From Selaginella moellendorffii (lineage: Eukaryota; Plantae; Lycopodiophyta): 64,000 nt of DNA. Below are positions 47,221-60,444 of this stretch, in pieces. A program made the position numbers and the translations under genes. The DNA lies in assembly GCF_000143415.4 (NCBI RefSeq), contig NW_003314265.1, positions 2,559,181 through 2,623,180 of the forward strand, read 5' to 3'. A model generated the notes under the pieces. The model had not been told where the DNA came from, ran no database searches, and worked only from the letters and a program-made list of their open reading frames with translations. Position 1 is the stretch's first letter, and every line of letters starts with the position of its first letter.

Positions 47221-49254
47221 CTACCCACTACCGACGCCATATCCCAGTTCCGGGGTGTCCCCACTTGCGGCCACGTCAGACCCACTTGAGCTTGAGTTGT
47301 CTCCAGTTGTGACCCCATAACCGCCAGTGCTGGGAGCAGTGACACCATAGCCGCCACCACTAGAGCTCCCGACGCCATAGCCACCGCCAACACCATATCC
47401 ACCAGAGCTTCCATCCGGAGTGCTACCACCCGAGCTTCCGGAGCTTCCAGCCGGAGAACTAACGCCATAGCCACCACTCGGAGTAGTAACACCATATCCG
47501 CCACCGGCGCTTCCACCAGGAGTAGTCACTCCATATCCGCCACTCGAGCTTCCACCAGGAGTAGTCACGCCATATCCGCCACCCGAGCTTCCACCAGGAG
47601 TCGAGACGCCATATCCGCCACCCGCGCTTCCACCAGGACCCGAAACGCCATAGCCTCCGGTGGTTGATCCAGAACTCACACCATATCCGCCACTGCTTCC
47701 TGGACTGACAAGAGATCCATCAGAGCTTCCTGGGCTCGAGCCTCCGGTTGAAACTCCATATCCTCCTCCAGTGCTCCCGGTTGTATCCGAGCCTCCAGTT
47801 GTAGCTCCATATAGTCCAGAGCCTCCAGCTCCGTATCCTCCTGTGGTAGCTCCATATCCTCCAGAGCTTCCGCTTGTAGCTCCAAAGCCTCCGGAGCCCC
47901 CTGTCGTAGCTCCATATCCTCCAGAGCTTCCATCTGTAACTCCAAATCCTCCGGAGCCTCCTGTGGTAGCTCCATATCCTCCAGAGCTTCCGCCTGTAAC
48001 TCCAAAGCCACCGGAGCCTCCTGTGGAACCATATCCTCCAGAGCTTCCGCCTGTAGCTCCAAATCCTCCAGTGTTTCCTGTTGCTGCTCCATATCCGCCA
48101 GAGTTCACACCATAGCCACCCGAGCCCCCTGCTGTATTACTCGCTCCAAAGCCAGCACCGCCGTCACTACCGGAGCTTCCAGCACCATAGCCTCCTGTGG
48201 TAGCACCATACCCTGAACCATAGCCTCCAGTGGTGGTGCCAGACGATGCACCGTAGCCACCTCCAGAAGAAGCATCAGCACCGAAACCACCACCGGTGGC
48301 GTTTCCTGTTCCAGTTCCGACCGGATCAGCATGGCTTCCACCATAGCCGCCGGTAGAAACTCCGAAGCCAGCGCCAGTGGGGGGTGGTCTTTGCTCCTCA
48401 GCGGTGGTGTTGCCATAGGCGTCTCCTGGACCATCAAAGACACCACCAAAAGGGTCCACATTAGTGTAACGCCTACCACCAAATGGATTACCACCACCAC
48501 CTCCTGTGCCGAAAGAATTGTTGTTGTTAAAGTCACCACCACTGCCACCACTGTAGCCACCACCGCCACCGCCACTGTAACCACCGCCGCCACCTCCGTA
48601 AGCGCCTCCTCCACCGCCGTAAGCACCACCGCCAGTCGCAAAGCCTCCGCCACCATAGGCGCCGCCGCCGCCGCCGCCGTCACCAAAGCCACCGCCACCA
48701 AACGCGCTAGGCTGTCTTTGCGTCGCGTAGTTCACGCGGACAGTCCGGCCATCTAGCATCTGGTAGAACAAAAGACCATTTCAGGCACTAGACGCAAACT
48801 TGGTGTTTGTCTATCACCTTTCCGTCCATGCCTTCGAGCGCCTTTTGTGCGTCCGCATCGTTGATGAATGTGACGAATCCAAAGCCCCTGGATCGCCCCG
48901 TCTCGCGATCGCTAATCACCCTCACTGCAAACGGAGAAAGCGAGTTTGTCATTCCACATTTTTCTACTTCTTTCTCGTACCTTCCACAATCTCTCCATAG
49001 CCAGCGAATGACTGCCCCAAAGTATCGTCGGTGGTGTTCCATGAAAGGCCTGATCCATAGGAAAGCATCAAAGAAATGAAGAAACAAGAAGAGAAAATTC
49101 CAGGGAAAGAATCACACAAACCTCCGACGAAGAGCTTGGAAGCGAATCCCCGGCTGAGAACGTAAGTCGCCGGCAAGGCCGTGCCAGCCGCGATTCGTTT
49201 GGGCTTGAGGGCATTTCTCATCAGACCGCTGCCCAGCCGCGACAAGAATGCCAT
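47221..49254 (-). CDS. Organelle-targeted glycine-rich RRM RNA-binding protein with a very long Gly/Ser/Tyr tail
   Basis: Presequence MAFLSRLGS.., RNP2 KLFVGGL, RNP1 RGFGFVTF, LDGRTVRVNYA, then ~500 aa of GGYG repeats. Confidence 0.9.
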
Positions 49255-49489
49255 CGCGACCTGGAGCCAAGCAAGCCGATATCGCGGACAGAATCTAAGA
49301 GACAAGAAACGCTCACCGCTCGCGAGCGCCGGAGATCCCTCCTCCGCCTTAAACCCTAAACCTTGGCCGGCATAAACCCTAGAGAGAAGATTCTCAGCAC
49401 TTCAATTTAAACCCCAGAGAATATACGCTGTTTAAATTCAAACTTAAGCACCACCGCTCTAAATTATAGAGAGAACACATAACTAGAAA

Positions 49490-50446
49490 CTAGAAACCAC
49501 CACTACCTACACCATAGCCTCTGGATTCTTCCTCGGTCGAGTTACTTGAGACTCCATAGCCGCCACCACCGGAGCTCGAGGATGAATCTCCATAGCCGCC
49601 GCCATAGCCCCCGGTCGTGACTCCATAGCCTGGCGATGGCTGCGAAGGAGGAGCTTCCATTCCACTTGCCGCCGCGCCCAATCCACCGGTGGTCACTCCA
49701 TAGCCACCGCCGGTGATAGGAGCTCTCTGTTCTTCCTCTTCTGGGAAAACCACGGAGAGAATCGCTCAGGAACTAGCTTAATAAACAAAAAAAAACTCGT
49801 TCTTACCAGGAGGAGCGTCACTGGTTGTCTCGAGGCCTCCCTCGCCGCCACCTCCAAAGCCGCCACCGCCGTATGCCCCGCCACCGCTGGCGTAGCCTCC
49901 ACCGTAGCCACCACCGTCGCCGCCGCCAAAGCTACCGGGCTGCCTCTGCGTCGCGTAATTCACCCGGATCGTGCGACCATCCAAGACCTTCAAGAAATAA
50001 ACGCGAGAAGAGATTATCTCTTTGCAAAACCATGGTTCTTTCTGTACCCTTCCGTCCATGGCTTCCATAGCCTTTTGTGCCTCTTGATCGGTAATGTAGC
50101 TCACGAAACCAAATCCTCTTGAGCGTCCAGTCTCTCGATCCTGGATGACTCTCACTGCAACGAGAGATTTGCGAGAGACCAAGAAAAACTTTTATACCTT
50201 CTATAATCTCTCCAAAGGGACTGAACGCGTCTCGCAACCCTCTCTCCTCGGTGCCCCAGGCAAGACCTGGGAATCATCGATCAAATGCATCAAACACCCG
50301 AGACAATCGAGGATCATACCGCCGATAAAGAGCTTGGACGAAAACCCGCGGCTCAAGGTGTATGTCGCCGGAAGCGCAGCGGCTGCTAATCTGTTTGGCT
50401 TGAGCGCACCTTTCAAAGAACCGCCCAGCCGCGACATGAACGCCAT
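49490..50446 (-). CDS. Tandem paralog: organelle-targeted glycine-rich RRM protein with a short tail
   Basis: MAFMSRLGGSL.., KLFIGG, RGFGFVSY, LDGRTIRVNYA; same terminal GYGVGSG. Confidence 0.9.
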
Positions 50447-50627
50447 TGCTGCTGTAGCGCCGCCGCAGCGAGGAGATGGAGAGAATGCGGGGAGGGCGCG
50501 GGGCGCGATTCTTCTAGAACCCTAAACCCTAAACCTTGGCTTGCGGCACTTCAAATCGTAGCCGTCCGTTCTTTGAATTTAGGGCAATGGTAAAGTTGGA
50601 ACAAAAAAAAATCTCCTTGCATTGTCA

Positions 50628-53174
50628 TCACGGGGAAACTCCAGGAGAAAGAAACTGGGCCCTTGCGAGCGGGAATTCTTTGCCGCGGACCCAAACGCTA
50701 GTGGGCGACCATTGGACCTCTTCCCACGTCAAACTCTCCTCGAGAACCTGCGAAGAAAACAAAAAATCACAGCGTGAGAACGAAGACCAAGCGTGGAAAT
50801 TTTTTTGATCTCACTCACCTGGACGCAATCTGGAGGGAGCGGCACTCCTTTGGATCGGACAATGGACAGCGGCAAAGGAACGTTGCATCGAGCCCACTTG
50901 TAGTGCTCGGCGTAGTCCCCGTTCTTGTCACAAAAGCCATTGTGAGAATGCGGCTTCTCCTTGTCGCTCGAGGGCGCTTTATCTTTGCTGGGCTTTTCCG
51001 GAGCTTGAGATGGAGCTTGGGACGAGGTCGCTGTTGTTGTAGCTGGGGCTGTCCCGTTGGAGGATGCCTTCTCGCCATCGTAGGACAGCTCGTACCTGTG
51101 AGTTACGCTTTCGTGAGAGAGTTTGAAACTTTGGAGAAGCTATCGTTTTCTTTGGCTTGCCTGTGTGAGTGCGTCTCCAAGTAGAGGACATCTCCCTTTT
51201 TGAGACGCGCAGACGTGTAGAGTGACTTCTTCAAGCCCCTGTCCGCAACGATGCTCATGCTGTACTTCAGCCTGGAGCATAGAAAACGAATTGTTACGAG
51301 GCTCAACAAGATCTCTAGAGAACAACTTACCAGGGCTCATTGCATAAGTTATACTGGATCGTAACTTCTTGAACAAACCGTTGCTGCCGGTGAGCATTCT
51401 GTGCCATCAAACAACGCGATTAAAAACTAGAAACTAAGAGATGATACACTACCGATGATGCCGATCGTGTAGTCATGGTCCGCTCCATTGCAGCAGGAGC
51501 AAGCGTTGGAGCTACAACTGGCATCCTGTTCAAGCAAGGTTCCAAATCTGCAAATCCGCCTCCGGACTAGAAAAACGTGAAAGGACAACAGAAAACTGAG
51601 ATCCACAAAAAGGAAGCACGACTTTTTTGTTACCTTCACAATACGGCAACGCTCGATGCTGTAGCTGCAGCCGCTGGCAGCGCCCCAGGCACGCGATCGG
51701 ACGCTGTTTCTCAAAGTTGATTTATAGCCTGTCCAAAGACAAAAAGGTTGCTGCATCCATTACACCATAAAAAGCTCACCGTTTTGTGGAGGAAGGACGC
51801 GCAGCGTTGCTCGAATTTCTGAAATGCAAGACGGGGGAGGCGATGCAGTCGGACTGTAGTAGCCGGTGTGCATGAGAACTGCGTGAGCACCAAACGTTAC
51901 CTCAGCTTCTCTGCATAAACACGGAAGAGAAAAACTTACCAGCAACGAGGTCGGAATCCTCGGTGTAGATGTCTGTTCCCCAAAGTTGGCTCCCACGAAC
52001 CTGGATATGGTGTTTAGTACTTGGCACACACAAAGAAGGAAGAAATCGAGACCTGTCTGTTGGATGTTGTGGCTAGATCAGCAGCCACTCTCACTTCCAA
52101 AAGTGGAGCAGCTCCGCCATTGCTCCCACCCTCGGAAGAACTGGACGCACTCTCCTTCCAAAGCTTCGCTAGCTCGGGCAGGCCTTCACCGATCTTGTAA
52201 GTCACGGCAGACGATTCGGCACGAGCACCGAGCCATCTGAGAAAAAAGAAGAGACCGGCATTTAGATCAGAGAAGTAAGAAAAGAAGCACACATACCCTT
52301 CTCGATCCTTGGATCTAAACCTCGATCGCCCCTCGCCTCGCTGCCGGGACATCCTTTTCCGCTGCTGGACAATCTTATCTTTGTCAACTGGCTGAGCAGC
52401 GTCCTCCATGATCTCGTCCTCGGTCGCGGCGTTGTTCTCCACAGATCTATCCTTGCCTTTGATGCCGGTGCTATTGGCGATGGCGTCGTCGCCTCCTCCA
52501 GCCTCCATCTTCACGTCCTCGTGCTTCTCCTCTTCGACCTTGGCGTTCCCATCGCGATCCCGCTTGTGATGGTGGTGGTGGTGGGGATCCCTCGCCTTCC
52601 TCTTGTCATCGTCAGTAGCAGCGATGATCTTGGGCCTCTCCTCAGCCTCCTCCGATCCAGCCTCCTCCTTGATGGGCTGCTCGAAATTACCCCTAGAAGG
52701 AAGAGACGGTGGCGCGAGCGCAGGAGGCACAAAAGGCGGCGCTCCCTCCTTCCTGGCCGCCATCGCCATCGCCTCCATCTCCTCCTTCATTTCCTTCCTT
52801 TCCTCAAGCACGAGTTGGGGGATGTTGTTTTTTCCATTGTCAGCTTCCATGGAATATTCCATCTTGTCCGCCGCCGAGGGCATCCATCCCCCGCCATCGC
52901 CCCCCGCGCTCGCATTCGCTATTCCCGCGCCCGCCAGGCCCGGATTAGGGCTCCAGCTGCTCAATGCCCCCGCCGCTGCTGGATCGTGGAGCAGCAGCTT
53001 CTTCCTCGGGCGCTCATCATCGCCTTCGCCCCCTGCGCAATTCCACGCCTCTTCGCCCTGCTGCTGCTGCTGCTGCTTCTTGGGATCCGACTCCAAGGGC
53101 AATGCCGGATCGCAGCTGCTGCCCCTCCACGCGTCGTCGCCATGGCCAGCTCCTCCCGCCTGTGGCGTTTCCAT
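50628..53174 (-). CDS. HDC1: Histone deacetylase complex subunit with Rxt3 domain
   Basis: QLWGTDIYTEDSDLVA, VLMHTGY, STLRNSVRSRAWGA, KYSMSIVADRGLKK, RLKKGDVLYLET, WEEVQWS; multi-exon. Confidence 0.88.
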
Positions 53175-53354
53175 CCGCGAAGAACCCTAAATTCTCCTTT
53201 TACCCAGCCCTGAAAACAGAGCTTCCTTATTGTTTGTCTTTTGGAAGTAAATAAATGAAAACAATTACCACGTCGGCAAACACATGGGATGTACCAAGTC
53301 AGCATGCTGACACGCGTGTCATACACGTCAGCACGACGTGTCACAACACGTCGT

Positions 53355-54170
53355 CTAGTTTTGAGCCTTGGCGGCGGCGAGCTGCGCCTCGAGCTGCTGG
53401 ATCCGGCGATCCCTGGCGCCGCATTCCCGATTGAATCGCTCCTCCGCGCCCTCGATCCGCTCCTTCATGTCCTCGATCTCATTCTCCCACGCCTCGTCGG
53501 TCACCTCGAAGATCCCGTGCGCCACGCGCACGATCCGCCACAGGTTGAGGATGATGAGCAGCCCTGCCGTGTCCGCCTCGAAGAACACCTCCAGCACCAG
53601 CGCGCTGGTGACCACGAACAGATCCAGCACGTAGCCGGCGTGCTTGAAGAACGATGCCCCAAACGCGACCATCAACCCTATCACGTTGAGCATCAAGACG
53701 CCCAGGATGCCCACGCTGATCCAGTGCAAGAACTCCCACGGCTCGCGGCCGCTGCTGAATCCGGTGGGATCGCACTGGCACGCCCGGACCGAGGCGGAGC
53801 ACTCGCGGAGGTCGGCGGAGGTGTTGTGGATCGTGAGCAGCAGATCCACGGCCGTGGCCAGGAGATCGATGAGCAGCAGCGCCACGATCGTGACGTGCGC
53901 CGGCGTGGATTCGAGCGCGTCGCGCAGATTATGGCGCCAGGAGGAGAAGGAATTCGAGGAAGAATGGCGCTGGGACTCGTGGTCATCGCCGCTGGGGCGT
54001 GACGATCCTAGGGTGGATGATTTGGAGCGCCAATTCTGCCCGGCCTTGCGCGCCTTGAGCAGCATCGAGACGCGATCGATGGATTGGCGCAGCTGAGCCA
54101 TGTCATTCTCGCGCTCCTCCATGTCCGCATTCTCCTCCTTGGGAAGGAGGCGATGCTTCCACTCCTCCAT
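53355..54170 (-). CDS. Voltage-gated proton channel (Hv1/HVCN1-like)
   Basis: Four TM helices, S1 Asp (LLLIDL), S3 LDLFVV, S4 NLWRIVRVAHG, C-terminal coiled coil, no pore domain; single exon. Confidence 0.88.
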   Translation of the reverse strand: MEEWKHRLLPKEENADMEERENDMAQLRQSIDRVSMLLKARKAGQNWRSKSSTLGSSRPSGDDHESQRHSSSNSFSSWRHNLRDALESTPAHVTIVALLLIDLLATAVDLLLTIHNTSADLRECSASVRACQCDPTGFSSGREPWEFLHWISVGILGVLMLNVIGLMVAFGASFFKHAGYVLDLFVVTSALVLEVFFEADTAGLLIILNLWRIVRVAHGIFEVTDEAWENEIEDMKERIEGAEERFNRECGARDRRIQQLEAQLAAAKAQN

Positions 54171-54453
54171 AGCGTGAAAATGGACCACCTAGTGACAGAA
54201 TATGCCCGGGACATTCCGTGAGGACTAGATCCACGGCTGCGATGCGACGATGCGTCGAACATGATCCGACTAGAACGGTCATGGGCACCCTGCTACTGTC
54301 ACAGGGATTTGCTCTGGAATTTGGGATTCTCTCTATTCCCATCCCTGCTAGCGACTGGAAAGGCATCGATTCGGTTAGATCTGTCGCACTTCTCCTCCTC
54401 TCGATCTATGATCCACGATCTGGAGGGCTAGCCAGCTGCTAGATCACGAATCC

Positions 54454-56487
54454 ATGGAGGGCGGAGCATCCGCGGGCGTGGAAGGAGAATCCGGAGCATC
54501 ACCGCCGGGCGCATGCACGATTTTGGTGTGGTTTCGCAGGGATCTGAGGCTGGACGACAATCCAGCGCTTGTAGCAGCAGCGGCGAGGAAGGGATCCATC
54601 GTTGTGCCGGTGTTTATCTGGTGCCCGGAGGAGGAGGGCCAGTTCCAGCCCGGGAGAATGTCGCGTTGGTGGCTCAAGCAAAGCTTGATCCAGCTGAGTT
54701 CTTCGCTGGAGCGCTTAGGAGCCCCGCTACTTGTGAAGCGCGTCGCTGGGACGCTCGACGCACTGCTGCAAATCGCCCATGACACTGGTGCCTCGCAAGT
54801 CTTTTACAATCACTTGTACGGTACGTGATCATCTTTTCTTTGCTTTGCTTTGCTTTGCTTTTTTCTTTCATTCATTCCACCTATTGGCTACACGATGTTT
54901 CAGATCCTGTGTCCTTGATCCGCGATCACAGAGTGAAGCAAGGCCTGGCAGACCATGGAATCTCTGTCACAACCTTTCGGGGAGATTTGCTTTATGAGCC
55001 CTGGGAGATTTATGATGATCAGGGGCAAGCCTTCACAACATTTCAAGCTTTTTGGAGCAAGAGTTTGAGCATGCGGGACCCTGAAGCCCCCCTCTTGCCT
55101 CCCAGACAACTGCTATCGCTTCCGGGTAACCATTAATATTCCAAGATTCGATATTTTGTTTTGCTGGAACTGGTAGTTTTTACCTGGATTTTGCAGGATA
55201 TCTTTGTCAGAGCTGCTCTATCGATCAACTCGGCCTAGAAAATGAGGCTGAAAAGAGCAGCAACGCGCTGCTGGCCAGAAGCTGGACTCCTGGCTGGTGT
55301 GCAGGAGACAAAGCTTTCACAGATTTTCTCTCAGGGCCGATTTTGCAATATTCTATCCGTCGCAAGCAGATTGACAGTGTCACAACTTCACAGTTGTCGC
55401 CGCATCTTCACTTTGGCGAGATCAGCATTCGCAAGATTTTCTATTCTATTCGGATGCAGCAGTTTCGATCCAAAGAAGCCGTGGACTTTGAAAGCATGAA
55501 CATGTTTCTTCGAGCTCTTGGGTTACGAGAATACTCAAGGTACTTGAGCTTCAATTTCCCGTTTACTCACAAGAGATCTCTCTTGGCAAACCTCAAACAC
55601 TTTCCATGGAGGGCCGACGAGGGATATTTCAAGAGCTGGAGGCAGGGGCGAACCGGATATCCTTTGGTAGATGCAGGGATGAGGCAACTGTGGGCTACTG
55701 GCTGGCTGCATTGCAAAATCCGAGTTGTGGTCTCGAGCTTTCTGGTTAAATTTCTCCAGGTTCCATGGACTTGGGGAATGAAGTACTTCTGGGAGACATT
55801 GCTTGATGCGGATGTGGAAAATGATGTTCTTGGCTGGCAGTACATTTCCGGAGGCTTGCCAGACGGCCATGAGCTTGATCGATGGGAAAATCCGCAGGTA
55901 AGTATAGTTTTTCTCTTATAAACATCTCAGGTTTTATATTTGATCCAAATCAGGAAGAAGGATACAAGTTGGATCCCAAGGGAGAGTACGTTCGGAAATG
56001 GCTACCCGAATTATCAAGAGTTCCTATAGATTGGATTCACCACCCATGGGATGCTCCCTCAACTATTTTGAGAGCAGCTGGTGTCGAGCTGGGATCAAAC
56101 TATCCAAGGCCAATAGTAGAAGTAGCGGCTGCGTATTACAGGCAACAACAAGCGCTTGATGAGATGTGGAAAAAGAGTGCTACAGCACCGGTTTCAGGTA
56201 AGGGTGGTGCTTGCCTTGATTTAAATCTTTGTAGCCAAGAGGAGGAAGAAGAAGATTATGGAGCTGCAAGCACCAGCAGGAAATCTATGGATGGAAACAC
56301 TAGAATGCCGATGGCGAGAATCAAAGGCGGTGGTATCGATCAAATGGTCCCTTCCGCAGGAGAGTGTTCCAACAATGATGGTGGAGCGAAGAACATATTA
56401 AAACGGGATCTAGAGCAAGAGGATGGTGAAATCTCCTCTCGCCGCAAGAGGAAAGAGGAGGGAAGAGTTCCAGAGGTTAGTTCTTAA
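54454..56487 (+). CDS. CRY: Plant cryptochrome (CRY1/CRY2 class)
   Basis: VWFRRDLRLDDNPAL, PGRMSRWWL, LSPHLHFGEIS, WRQGRTGYPLVDAGMRQLWATGW, WIHHPWDAP, C-terminal DQMVP. An alternative spliced end at 56570 is possible. Confidence 0.95.
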
Positions 56488-56562
56488 AAGGCCCAATCAA
56501 TGTAATGTTACAAACCTACCTGATGAGAATAATATGCTTGCAGGAGATTCTCCTTGGATCCA

Positions 56563-57558
56563 ATGTTTGACGACAGCGCTGTCTCAGGACCGGAGGCGGC
56601 ATCATTGGGAGAATTCCGGATCTGTGTCGAAAGGAAGGGATTGCATTGCCCCCCCGGCCGCGACAATGACGAGCTCCTGCTGCGATTTCTCCGTGCAAGG
56701 ATGCTCGACGTGCCCAAGGCGGCAGCCATGTACGAGGAATTCGTCCGGTGGCACAAGGAGCAATCGGTGGATTCGGTGCTGGAGGTAAGAAAATTTTTGA
56801 TAGGTTTTGCGAGATCGCTGGAGGAATTTCTCAGGATTTCTCGTACCCGGAGCTGGAGCGCGTGATTGAGGCGTGGCCTCAAGCATGGCACAAGACTGAC
56901 AAGCGAGGCCGCCCTGTCAACATCCAGCTCTTCTCGAGGTATGCGGTCGTCCAGCGTTTGGATCCATGGATGGATCCAGCTTCTTTTCCCCTGGGCATGG
57001 GAATCTAATTGTTTGGTTTGGTTTTCTAAGATTGAATGTGGAAGCTTTGTTCGAGGTGACGAGCGAGGAGCGCCTGATCCGGCGTGGGCTATGGGTTCTC
57101 GAGGATCTCCACCAGAACAAGCTCCCGGCTTGCTCCAGGGACGCCGGCCATCACGTCGGCCGTGTGACAATCGTGATCGATCTCAAAAACGTTGTAAGTC
57201 ACACTGCTCAAGAACTTCTTTTCTTCCTTCCAATTATTCGATCGATCCATGGTCTTGGCAGGGGATCTCCACCTTCACCAATTCTCGAGTGAGAAAGATC
57301 CTCTCCCATTTTGCTCACGTCTTCTCCCAGTACTACCCGGAGTACCTGGGACAAGTGATCATCGTGAATGCTCCAGTGTCTTTCAAGATCGTCTGGCAGC
57401 TCCTGGGGCCCTTCATGGACGAAAAGACGAGGAAGAAGATCAGCATCCACAGGGGCGATGGCAGCGAGAGCTTACTGGAGGCGATCGACAGTGAAGACTT
57501 GCCAGCAGTCCTTGGTGGGAGCTGCCACTGCAAAGTTTGCAAATCCTTCTCGAGATAA
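56563..57558 (+). CDS. SEC14/CRAL-TRIO lipid-binding protein
   Basis: LLRFLRAR..DV, HKTDKRGRPV, YYPEYLGQVIIVNAP, DEKTRKKI, LPAVLGGSC. Confidence 0.9.
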
Positions 57559-57618
57559 ACCAATGAACCTATCATAGCTATTCTATTTCTATAAAAGAAG
57601 CTTACACGAACGAGCTCT

Positions 57619-59803
57619 TTACGTCCCAGGGAGATTGCTGTCGGCGTTGGCGAGAATAATGTATGCACAGATGACTGAGGAAGAGAAGAGTGAGACCCAA
57701 GTGCCGCTAGGAACGGTCTCCATAGCCGAAGCGAAATTGGAGCGCTGCCGTTCCTCCGCCCACACTCTCAAGCGATCGGCTTCGGCCGCATACACTGCTC
57801 TTCCCTGGATGGCAAAGAAAAAACTCTAGTCAGGCTCGCGACGAGAGAGTGTAACTTTGAGTCTTTATACGGACCTCTTCATCGAACCAGCGACCGCGAT
57901 GCAACCACGCCGTGATGATGGCGAGAATGATTCTCGGTGGAGTGAGGTACTCGATGGCCTTTCCTGTTCCTTTCACGCGCCGCATCTTGGGGACGAGGTC
58001 GCGAGCAACGGTTTCCGGCTGCTCGCAGATGATGTTGAACATCTTCTTGTTGTGAAGAGATGCTCCACTGAAACAACGATTTGGAATTTGAACCTTTTAA
58101 GAGAGAATTTAGAGTACCTTAGTAGGAGGTCTGTAAGAACCATGCCAGGAGATGCGGTGTGAATCCCAACGCGAGAGCCCCTGCATTCCTTTCGCAGGGA
58201 CTCGTGAAGCTGTCGAAGCCCACTTTTGCTCGCTCCGTATCTACAATATTGTATGAAACATATGAAAACCTCCATTGAGACAGATCACTACTTACACTGC
58301 TGTTAATGGAGTGCCTGCACCATTCGAGCCAGCGCCATCCATGTTGAATATATGACCCTTCTTTGGTTGCTTTTTCATCACGCGGATTGCTTCACGAGTG
58401 CAAATCATTGATCCAACGAGATTTGTTGAAACAATCTGGAACGTCATCTGTCAGCTGCTTCAAACCAGACGTAAATTACGAGCGAACCTGTTCGATCTCT
58501 TCGTCGTCAAAATCTGTCAGTGGTTTAAACCCCTTGTTGACACCGGCGTTGTTAATCTGCTCGAACAAAAGCTTGGTCAGTCGAATGCTTTGTAATAAAA
58601 TGTCTCGAGATACTTCACCCAGATATCAATGCTTCCAAACTTTTCCATTGCGACTTCAGCTAAAGCTTTCACTTCGTCGCTGTTCGACACGTTGCAGGTT
58701 GTTCCCACAACTTTCCCGGACATTTTTGTGTGATTCTCTTCGGGCCAACTTAAAGCTGTCGAAGTGTTCCTGCTCGACTCTTCAAGCTCTTGGGTCAGCT
58801 CTTCCACCGTGGAGGCAACGGACGAATGACTGTCGAAGATAAACTAGTAAGTTCATCCTTAACAAACTCAAACACCAACCTGCGGGAAGCAACGATGACG
58901 TTGTCTCCAGCTCTTAGAAATTCTCGAGCCAGTGCTTTTCCGAGACCACGGGTACTGCACGTTTTCCAGAGTTACAAAAAATCTTCAGAAAAAAACACTC
59001 AACGAAGAAACCTTCCAGTGATCACAATGTTAAGAGGCCCCGGCTTCGCGTTGCTCTCTAGTACGTGTTTTGAGCCTATCATACTTCCAATAACTAGGCC
59101 AGCGAGCCAGCTGAACCATAGCCAGCTTTCGAGTCTTGGATCACCATCTTCAAAAACAAAGCTAAAACTCAAGAATGATAGCAAGAATGACACACCTGAA
59201 AGCTGTAATCCAGTAGCTAGAATGGCTCCTGTCGCTGCCACCACGAACATCCCTTTCCCGATTTTACGAGCGAACTGCAAGATCCAATAGAAGATCTAAG
59301 AACGGGGAAACCTTCCAAGTAGAACAACTCACCTTGAGAGACTCATTTTCGGCCCACCGCAGTGTTTTCTTGAACTGAGATACTTGAGATGGCGACCATG
59401 GCGATGACGTTCCACTCAGCACCTGGACGATCTTCCCAGGAAAATCATCGACCTGCCTCGGGGTTGGCGGCAACGAACTTTCGGCCTCGGGCTTGGCAGA
59501 ACCATTGAGAACATGAATCAATGGCCCAACCAGTTTCCCAATCTCCGTCTCGTTCCAAAACCCAGATCTCTGCGAGGATTTCGTCGTCGTCTCCGAGCTA
59601 CTCTCGTGGCTGTCTTCTCCTCTCTTTAGAGAACAAGACACTCGCCTTCGAATCCATCGCCTGCTCTTGAGCTTGCAATGGACTAATCTAGAAAATGTTG
59701 CCGCTTGGGAGAAGTCCTTACATTCTATCGCGGACGCTTGGGAGGGGCAGCAATTCGCCCCGATTCGCGGTGTCATCGCCGAAATATCGACAGCCCCGAG
59801 CAT
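57619..59803 (-). CDS. NYC1: Chlorophyll b reductase (SDR)
   Basis: Transit peptide and TM segments (WFSWLAGLVIGSMIG), NIVITG..GLGKALAREF, YGASKSGLRQL, HTASPGMVLTDLL, NIICEQPETVAR, hydrophobic C-terminus. Confidence 0.92.
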
Positions 59804-60444
59804 GGAAGATCTAGAGCACGAGTCTTTCACCTAACGCTACCGTTCACTCGAAGAAATCATCGCTGGCGCTAAACAAGAACCTCATAGACGCAACATTCTC
59901 CACTCGAGCACGCAATCCAGAACTAGCGCAGCACGCAATCGATCGATTCGATCTTTCCGGTCGATCGATTGCTCGTCGGTAGCGCGCCTCCGCTCTCTCG
60001 GCCCTAGGTAGCAACCTAAACAAAGATCTCCCCGCCAAAGTGCGTACGCTAGACACGTTCCGTAGAGCGAATATGCACAAGATGCCTCGCTTTTGAGAAA
60101 TATCTAATCTGTGAACACGTGGACGGCACATCCACGGTTTATCTCGCATTAGGGCTCAAGCGCGCGAGACAAGAATGCGGTGACGAGGTAGCGAGCCGAG
60201 GACAGAGGACGACGTCTGGGGTTCTTGGGCTGGGCAGGATAGAGAGCGACACGTGGCAGGAATCGAGTGGCCGGACAACAGTGTCATCTGGTTCGTCCAT
60301 GCCACATCCAATCGAACGAGAAACTCCAATCCCGAGCAAACGGGGGCCAAGGAAGAAGAAGAGGAGGTACCAGTGGATAGATAGATAGATCGATTGAATA
60401 GAGATTCTCTCCTGGATCGATACCTCGATCGATCTCGATCAGCA

